Assembly (NCBI RefSeq): GCF_046119375.1
Contig: NW_027362762.1
Location: forward strand, 681,070,001-681,134,000
DNA: 64,000 bases
Reading direction: 5' to 3'
Source: Phyllobates terribilis
Lineage: Eukaryota
Within the stretch, counting starts at the first letter, position 1. Every line of letters starts with the position of its first letter. Made by a program: the position numbers and the translations under genes. A model generated the notes under the pieces. It did no database searches. It was not told the DNA's origin and saw only the letters and a list, made by a program, of their open reading frames with translations. Below, in pieces: positions 55,401 through 64,000 of the stretch.

Positions 55401-57425
55401 TAATTCTGCAACAAGGGCCTTTTCGTACTGCACCATTTTATTAGGCCTCTCCTGCAAGGGAAAAAGAGACAGAAAGTTCTCCTTGTAGCAGGGGTCTAGA
55501 AGGGTCACCAATCAATAATGACTGTTACCCAAAATTTGGACAACGTGAGGGTCACGGGAAAGCCAGCATAACATAAACTCAGCCATATGTGCTAGACTGC
55601 AAAGAGGCAAGACTTCCGTGTCCTCGCCAAGAGGACAACTGACCATGCTCTCCTCCTCATCTTCCTCCTCTTCCTCCTCCTCCCTGTCCTCAGGCCATCC
55701 ATGCTGAACAGACGGTATGACAGTTGTGCAGGTAGTACTGTCTTATAGCACAGGAAACTAGGTCCTGTTCTTCCTCCTCCTCCTCTTCCTCATTGTCACC
55801 CAATCCACATTGGAATGAGATAATGCTGGGCTGTGTGGAATCACCCTGTATGGCTCCTTGCTCCATCTCATTGTGCTCCGCCTGCAATGCATCCTCTTTA
55901 ATTGTGAGCAGAGAACATTTCAGAAGACAGAGAAGCAGGATGGTGACACTAATTATGGCGTCATCGCCACTCACCATCTTGGTGAAGTCCTCAAATTTTG
56001 GAGGATGGTACATATGTCTAACATCCATATCCACTCCTGAGGTCTTATGTGTGGAGTATGACCTGAATACTGTCGGCCTTGTTGATGCTGGTAGTCAACA
56101 ACTGCCCTCTTCTGCTCACAAATCCTTCCCAACATCTGCAATGTAGCGTTCCAATGCATGGGGACATTGCAGATCAGTCGGTGAGCTGGAAGCTGCAAAC
56201 GCTGCTGAAGCACGGCAAGAATGGCGGAAGCTGTAGCTGACTTTCTAAAATGGGCACAGAGGGGGTGAACTTTGACAAGCAAATCCAACATATCCGGGTA
56301 GGTTTTGAGAAACCGCTGAACCACGAGGTTAAACACATGGGCCAGGCATGGTACATGTGTGAGCTCGCCTCGCCTCAGAGCCGCCGCCAGGTTCTGACCA
56401 TTGTTACACACGACAATGCCTGGCATAAGGTTCAGTGGTGTCACAGATCTGCCTGCTCTTTCAGAACTGTCCACAACTCTTCAGCGTTGTGCGGTTCATT
56501 ACCTAAGCATATTAGCTTCAGCACAGTCTGTTGCAGTTTGGTCGAGGCAATGCTGCTGTGCTTCCAGCTTTCGACTCATGTGGTCATTTCATTTCGGAGA
56601 TGGAGGCTGAAGAGGAGGAGGAGGAGGTGCAGGAGCTGTTGAATGTGGAGCAACGCTGATTAACCCAGGGCCCGCAATCCTCTGCGTCGGGAGGACGTGT
56701 TCTGTCCCAAGGACCGACTGAGTCCTGGCTTCCACTATATTAATCCAGTGTGCTGTCAGCGAGATGTACTGTCCCTGCCCACAAGCACTTGTCCACGTGT
56801 CCGTGGTTAGGTTGACATTTCCAGTAACTGCAATGTTGAGGGCACTTCTAATGTTGTGGGACACATGCTCATGTAATGCAGAGATGGCACACCGGGAGAA
56901 ATAGTGGTGGCTGGGAACCGAGTACCAAGGGACAGCCACCGCCATCTGGTTACGGAAAACTTCTGTCTCCACGAGCCTAAAAGGCAACATTTCTAGCGCA
57001 AGCAATTATGAAATGTGTGATTTTAGTAGTGTGGCCTGTCGGGCGTTGGCTGCGTATTTACGCTTGTGTTCCAAGGACTGGGGTAGGGACAACTGAATGC
57101 TGCGCTGGGACAAGTACATGGACGTGATTGCTGATGGTGCAAGTTGAGAGTGTGAAACGACAGGTTCAGGGCGGGAGGCATCTTGGCATGCGCCATGAAC
57201 AGGGGATTGGCGTGCACGCACAACAGCAGAACAAGCAGTGGTGTCACCCGCAGACACTGTTGCTGGACCCTGGGGTTTGGCCCACTTAGTCGGGTGCATT
57301 GCTGCCATGTGCCTGATCATGCTGGTGGTGGTCAGGCTGCTAGTTTTGTTATCCCTGCTGATGCTGGCCTGACAGGTGGTGCAAATGGCCTTTTTGGGTT
57401 ATCTGCAGAGTCTTTAAAAAATAAC

Positions 57426-60400
57426 TGTAGCACCCCAAGGGCTCGGCTGCTACAGGGGTATTGCACCTCGAACCAGAGGTGTGGTATTCCACTCCCGGGT
57501 AAGGATGGAGTGTGGACTAGAACTCAGTTAGCTGCATGCACCACATACATCCCATTTCCGGGGGACAGATCAACGGTACTCCCACCAGATAGATGTGCAG
57601 GTACGACAGCGTCTGTCCCTGGCTGGAGTGGGAGGGGGGGAGGAATATCCCAGTGGTGCAGGAGCAGAGAGGGGAGGGACTCTGGGCATAGGAAGGAGCC
57701 CATTGGTGGCTAGTCACCTGGGCTCGGGTGTCAGAGGGAGTATAAAAGGTGGGCACCATCTTAGGAGTTCAGTTCAGTCAGACAGAAGAAGAGGAGAAGA
57801 GTAGTGACAGGGAGCAGCAGCCCTGTCTGGGTGCTGCTCCTGAAGGGAGCAAGAGAGAGAAAGACAAGAGGAAAGGAACAAGGAACAAGGAAGGAATGGA
57901 ACCTGGAGAAAGGCTCAGAGACATGAAGGAAGAGGGAACCCGAACACGCTAGGAGTCAGCGGGTGAAGGGTTGGCAGATCAGGGTACCGGATCCCGAACT
58001 GGTGGAGGCCACTTATCCTCAGCCAGGAACCGGAGGTCGTGGCCACGTCTTGGCGCGACCACTCACTACACTCACCACGAAGGCACGCCACATAGGGTCA
58101 GGGAAACCGGAGATAGGTTTCGCCACCAGAAGGCCCGAGGAAGCTGGACATGGGTGGGTCCCTAGTGGGGACGGCCAGAGAAAGGAACGGAGAAAGGAGT
58201 TCAAGGTCACACTCTGGAACTGCCTGGGGGTTGGTCGAGCCCCGTACCTGGTGGACGCAGCACGGCTCGGGTCGTCATCACCTGCAGGACTGACACTGAC
58301 AACATCTGTGAGTAAAGCATTGAAAACTGCAATCAGTCTCTGTGTTCCATCGCACTACCAGCACTAAAGGTACTAGGACGCCCTTTCTATCACTCCCTTC
58401 ACCCGCACCAGCTGCCCTGAGGCCATACCTCTCCCGTTGGGGGTTATACCACCATTGCTGCACACATACCACCGGCCTCAGCGGACTGTTCTGCAGCGGC
58501 GGCCTTGCGACCGCAAATCAACGGGTGGCGTAGTCGACACTTAAACAACATCTACAAAGACTGCCACACACTTAGTTTGACCACCCTGGGCACGGACCGG
58601 GTCCCCGCCACTCGGAGACTACTACCCCCATCGGATCCGGCTCCGGGTATTCCCCCGCGCACACGTGCGCCGCACTACAGCACTGGCCCAGGGGGCACTT
58701 CAACTTTGGCGTAGTCGGCAGGATCTCGTGCCCGTAACCACCGGGTACTGCGTGCCTGAAAAAGAGACTTTTTACTTACCTGTGGTGAAGTTTCCCGCCG
58801 TCCGGAGTCGTTTCCCGCCATCCGGAGCCGATTCCTGCCATCCGACGCCATCTTCTGCCTTCTTCCCGCCATCCGTGGAGTTTTCCCGCCATTGGGCGCC
58901 ATCTTGAGGACGCCGCGCTGGAAGAAGAGGGGTGTGGACTCCGAAAGCCCGCGAGAACTGAAGCCCCGCCTCACGTCCGGACGTTGCGTAAGGTCCTGGA
59001 AGGAGCCCAGTGACGCCGACGTCACAGGAGCGCGACGGAAGGTCCTCAACCCTGACGATCCACTGCGGAGCCGCGGCCTACGGAAGAGGATCATCGCCAG
59101 GTAGGCCACGGTCCACTAGGGGGGAGGGGGATGTCGGATACGGAGGAGAGCTTCACCGCCACAGCCGCCATACCAGATTGCAGAGCTGCTAGCGGTGCTC
59201 CAGAAGGAAGAACCGGAGTACGCGCAGGCCGCGCTGGAAGAGCTGAACAGGAGGATGATCTGGGCGCAACGAGACGTGCTCGCCGGGTGGAAGGAGGAGT
59301 TGACCCGGCGCACGCTGACCTGCCAACCGGAGGTGCAGCCACCATCCAGCACCGCGTCGATCCCGAGAGGCAGCAGAAGCGGACCGGAGGCCGGGGACGA
59401 CGCCGCGGGGGAGGCCGCAACGACAAGTAAGGGGAACGCCGTTACTCCGGGCCCTGAGGCCGCGGACCTGCCCCTACCTCCCGCCGCGGGACCCGAAGCT
59501 CTGGGTGCCGCACCGCCCACCGTACCTCCACCACCAGTAGTCAGCCCTCCAGCAGCAAGCTCTGCAGCGGAGCCTCGCCCTGAACCGTGCTCCCCAACAC
59601 CGGGCACGATCAGAAAGTCACAGGCCTGGTTAAAAGGCCGAGTGCCCGCGGGCGCTGCACCCCAGCCGGGGCCCCCAGTCGTGCCATCATTGGGGAAAGA
59701 CCTGTATGAGCAGCACACCTGCCCGGATGGGACACCATTCGCCTGGCCGCCTGAGTACACCAACCCCCGCTCCAGGAAGAGTCATCCCGTAGGAGCAAGG
59801 GCCCCAGATGAACCGCTAATCCCAGCTCCGGAGCCCGTGGACCTCTCTTCACCCCGCTGGAGGACGCCCAATTTGAGGGGGACCCCACTGGAGAAGACCT
59901 GATGGGGTTCACTCAGGAGACCCGGGCGGGCGCCGCCCGGCGCTATGAGACCTGCCGCCAACAACTGGCAACGTTTGAGCGGGAGCAGAGAGAGAGGAAA
60001 GTGAAGGAGGAGTGGCTCCACATTAAAAACGTGGAGCAGAAGACAAGGACCCGCCAGGACCCCCCCGTACAGCTCACGGTCCCCGAGTCACCGGGACTGT
60101 TGTTAAGTTTCACATGGCATGTGGCTGGGGCATCATCCAAGACCCGAAGACCATAAGCCAGGTGTTTGTAAACAGGAGCGACGTAGAGTCCCACCTACCG
60201 GAGGGGCACAGTGGACGGGACCTGGTGCCTGGAGATACCGTCACCTATACCAGGCATAAGGGAGTGAAGGGGTGGTACGCCCTTCATGTCCACCGGGTCA
60301 AGGAAGAAGAGGAGCAATCGTACCAGGAGGAGGAGGAGAAAGAGGGCCCGGACGGATCTGAACCTGAGGAAGAGAAAGGAGCGTGTGTAGCACACCGTTA

Positions 60401-62129
60401 ATCGTAAACGGTAAAAGAGGAGATGTAAATAGTTACCCGACCGGGTATAAGGACTGTTGTGGGACTGTTTCCACTAAGAGTGTGGTCCCCGTTGGGACAG
60501 AAAGAGAACTGTTGCCTATTTTTGCCCTAATCCCTAACCTGACCGAGGACTGAGAGCGGTCATCCCTTCCCTCTACCTGGCCGAAGACTGAGAGCGGCCA
60601 GATCCCAAGATCCCAAGAGCCCGAGAATTCAAGAATGTTTTATTTGAGAATGCCTTAATGTGAAATTTGATATGATGCCAAAGTTTTACATAGTGTTTTT
60701 GTAAAAGAGTTCCGGTGGCATTAGCCAGCTGTTGAGAAAACCTCCCATAAAGGGATGGATGAAAGTTGATGTGTTTTATGTGTACGTACACTTTAAAAAT
60801 AGTTTTTACTCTATTTCAGCCCGAGGACGTGCTGTGGTTTACCAGGGGGGAATGTAGCACCCCGAGGGCTCGGCTGCTACAGGGGTATTGCACCTCGAAC
60901 CAGAGGTGTGGTATTCCACTCCCGGGTAAGGATGGAGTGTGGACTAGAACTCAGTTAGCTGCATGCACCACATACATCCCATTTCCGGGGGACAGATCAA
61001 CGGTACTCCCACCAGATAGATGTGCAGGTACGACAGCGTAGGTCCCTGGCTGGAGTGGGAGGGGGGGAGGAATATCCCAGTGGTGCAGGAGCAGAGAGGG
61101 GAGGGACTCTGGGCATAGGAAGGAGCCCATTGGTGGCTAGTCACCTGGGCTCGGGTGTCAGAGGGAGTATAAAAGGTGGGCACCATCTTAGGAGTTCAGT
61201 TCAGTCAGACAGAAGAAGAGGAGAAGAGTAGTGACAGGGAGCAGCAGCCCTGTCTGGGTGCTGCTCCTGAAGGGAGCAAGAGAGAGAAAGACAAGAGGAA
61301 AGGAACAAGGAACAAGGAAGGAATGGAACCTGGAGAAAGGCTCAGAGACATGAAGGAAGAGGGAACCCGAACACGCTAGGAGTCAGCGGGTGAAGGGTTG
61401 GCAGATCAGGGTACCGGATCCCGAACTGGTGGAGGCCACTTATCCTCAGCCAGGAACCGGAGGTCGTGGCCACGTCTTGGCGCGACCACTCACTACACTC
61501 ACCACGAAGGCACGCCACATAGGGTCAGGGAAACCGGAGATAGGTTTCGCCACCAGAAGGCCCGAGGAAGCTGGACATGGGTGGGTTCCTAGTGGGGACG
61601 GCCAGAGAAAGGAACGGAGAAAGGAGTTCAAGGTCACACTCTGGAACTGCCTGGGGGTTGGTCGAGCCCCGTACCTGGTGGACGCAGCACGGCTCGGGTC
61701 GTCATCACCTGCAGGACTGACACTGACAACATCTGTGAGTAAAGCATTGAAAACTGCAATCAGTCTCTGTGTTCCATCGCACTACCAGCACTAAAGGTAC
61801 TAGGACGCCCTTTCTATCACTCCCTTCACCCGCACCAGCTGCCCTGAGGCCATACCTCTCCCGTTGGGGGTTATACCACCATTGCTGCACACATACCACC
61901 GGCCTCAGCGGACTGTTCTGCAGCGGCGGCCTTGCGACCGCAAATCAACGGGTGGCGTAGTCGACACTTAAACAACATCTACAAAGACTGCCACACACTT
62001 AGTTTGACCACCCTGGGCACGGACCGGGTCCCCGCCACTCGGAGACTACTACCCCCATGGGATCCGGCTCCGGGTATTCCCCCGCGCACACGTGCGCCGC
62101 ACTACAGCACTGGCCCAGGGGGCGCGTCA
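57426..62129 (+). mobile_element. CSD2: second LTR element carrying a cold-shock-domain ORF
   Basis: 1277-bp LTRs 57426-58702 and 60853-62129, about seven differences by eye; perfect TSD TAAC; PBS 58707-58724; PPT 60841-60852. Confidence 0.92.
59131..60401 (+). pseudogene. CSD2 ORF, homolog of 24088-25689, with three apparent frameshifts
   Basis: Blocks LGKDLYEQHTCPDGTPFAWPPEY, EPLIPAP, GFTQETRAGAARRYETCRQQL and CSD GTVVKFHMACGWGII...VFVNRSDV...GDTVTY...KGWYALHV across frames; breaks near 59170, 59845 and 60065. Confidence 0.85.
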
Positions 62130-63513
62130 TAACCATACTCGGGAAGACCTAACAGTTGTACTGGCAACTTGCATCGTGTTGGTGTTACGAGGAATGCTTT
62201 CCCACCTTGTGTCTGCGGCCACCACACTGCTTCTTCCTGCCTGTTGTGGTGCTATGCCTCCCTCTCCCTGTTTGCTGCTTTCCTCGCTCTGTATGTCCCC
62301 CTGCCAGGTTGGGTCAGTTACTATATCATCCACCACCTCTTCTTCCATTTTCGCACCCTGGTCCTCCTCCTGACTTTCTGGAAATTGTGACTCATTATCA
62401 TCATTATCCGTCGCCTTTGTGTGACCGTGGCTGCTCCAATATTTGAGTTTCACTACACGCGTTCTCCTCTTGTCTCGCTTGAAGCTAGCCGGGGAGAGGC
62501 CCGAATCTACAAATGGAAAAGTGAACAGCTCTTCTGAGTGTCCAAGTGTGGGATCAGTTGTCTCTGGTCACTCGGCATGGTGGGAGGAAGGAGGATCAGG
62601 GTGAGGAATATGCGGTACTGACTCCCGGCTACAAAGACTTGACCGTGTGGAAGACAGGGTGGTGGTGGTGGTGGCTAAGTGACTGGAAGCATTATCTGCT
62701 ATGCAACCAATAACCTTTTGACACTGCTCTGTGTTCAATAGTGGTGTTCTGCGGTCCCCTATTAATTGGGACAGGAATGTCGAGCGAGAAGATGTGGGTA
62801 TTTGTTGTGGCACAATTTCAGCTTGCCCACGGCAACTTCCTCGGCCTCTGCATGCACCATCACCATCATGTCCACTTCCCTGTCCCTTGCCATGCAGTTT
62901 GCCCATTTTTAATGGAGGACAATATTTTCCACATTCACGAGAAATGTCTGATTTTGGAACGCAGTTCTAAGTGATATTTTTGACAGAGAGCCAACAGAAT
63001 GAAAATGGAAGAAATGCCTGATTTTGGAACACTTTTATAGGTTTTATGTCTGATAGAGAACCACGGTTATAAATAGCAGGCCTGTAATTTGATAATACTA
63101 TCCTTCACAGACACCACAGCTTGACCGACACACTGCAACAGAATGGAAAAGGAGGCCAATATTTTCCACATTCAGTTTAAATTCCTGGATTTTTATTGCT
63201 GAAATATGGAACAGATCTGGCTTTATTCTGCAGTGAGAACAAGCAAAAGGAGCAGAAAAATGGTGTACTCTGGATTGCTTTTTAAGCAAATAACCAGGAT
63301 TAAGATCCCAAAAATGTTTTCCCTGGCCCCTGATATCTGGAGCTATGTCTACAAATATCTGTAAGAACAGCAGCAGCAGGAACTTTCAATGGACCCTGTT
63401 GCACTATATGCACTGCAGTCTGCAACATACACTGCCTGCCTGCTTAATTCCTGCTATCACCACTGAATATATGCAGCTGGATTTGTCTTCAGAAGGACTG
63501 TTAGTTCAGTTGA

Positions 63514-63514
<1 letters not shown>

Positions 63515-63582
<68 letters not shown>

Positions 63583-63592
63583 CATATATATA
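63515..63592. repeat. (TA)n microsatellite
   Basis: Direct reading. Confidence 0.95.
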
Positions 63593-64000
63593 TGTTGTGG
63601 AATACCTATATTAACTATGAAGAAGCAAATCTCTCCCTGGCGCAGCAGCAACTCTCTCTACTCTGCCTGGTTCTGGAGTAGACTGTGACGAGCATGGCGG
63701 AGACCCGTCTTATATACACCTGATGATACCGTGCTGCCAGCCACTCACTGTAATGCCCACAACCAACATGGCTACGGCATTATAGTGCATGGCCCGCCCG
63801 AGCAACCCAGAAATACTCGCCGAGAACCGAGCTCGTCAAGCATAGTGATGCTCGGCTGAGTACTGAGCACGTTCAATCATCACTAATACGGACCATATCC
63901 TGATAGTGGAGCTGTGGCCTTATAATAATATTAGTGCTCTTCTGGACCTCTTTTTAATAATATCAGCAGCTCTCTGGGCTACCTAATAAAAATATTCGTG

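Larger units (their letters stand above)
54894..62906 (-). pseudogene. hAT (ZBED-like) transposase, disrupted and interrupted by CSD2
   Basis: BED finger (CTTC...MIRHMAAMH), NLTTDTW, CLAHVFNLVV, WNATL, and hAT dimerisation ACPAASVLSERVFSAAG. Confidence 0.9.
29630..63885 (-). mobile_element. hAT DNA transposon expanded to 34 kb by nested insertions
   Basis: 8-bp TSD ATACTGAC (29622-29629) / ATACGGAC (63886-63893); degenerate TAGTGATGAGCG-type termini; internal transposase remnant. Confidence 0.8.

Overview
Vertebrate genomic DNA, most likely an anuran amphibian judging from the repeat families. The left ~20 kb holds one intact host gene on the minus strand: a MAST-family AGC kinase with 16 hand-spliced coding exons (7668-19708, 643 codons plus stop), DUF1908 remnant plus kinase domain and no PDZ domain. 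The rest is a deeply nested transposon pile that can be unpacked from target-site duplications (TSDs). A Tc2-like element contains a Penelope element with hammerhead ribozymes, which contains LTR element CSD1. A MITE is split by a 34-kb hAT element; the hAT carries a ~130-bp tandem array, a piggyBac-like MITE, LTR element CSD2 and Gypsy A, and Gypsy A holds a hAT MITE, a CR1 and Gypsy B (with a solo LTR). The most unusual objects are CSD1 (22403-27171, minus) and CSD2 (57426-62129, plus): young ~4.7-kb LTR elements with no RT, protease, integrase or recognisable capsid, carrying one ORF that ends in a cold-shock domain. They share tRNA-Ser priming, a second PBS-like site in U5, a U5 terminal hairpin and covarying 3'-UTR stem-loops with the neighbouring Gypsy elements, which suggests a helper/passenger system. 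All alignments were done by eye; no database search was run.
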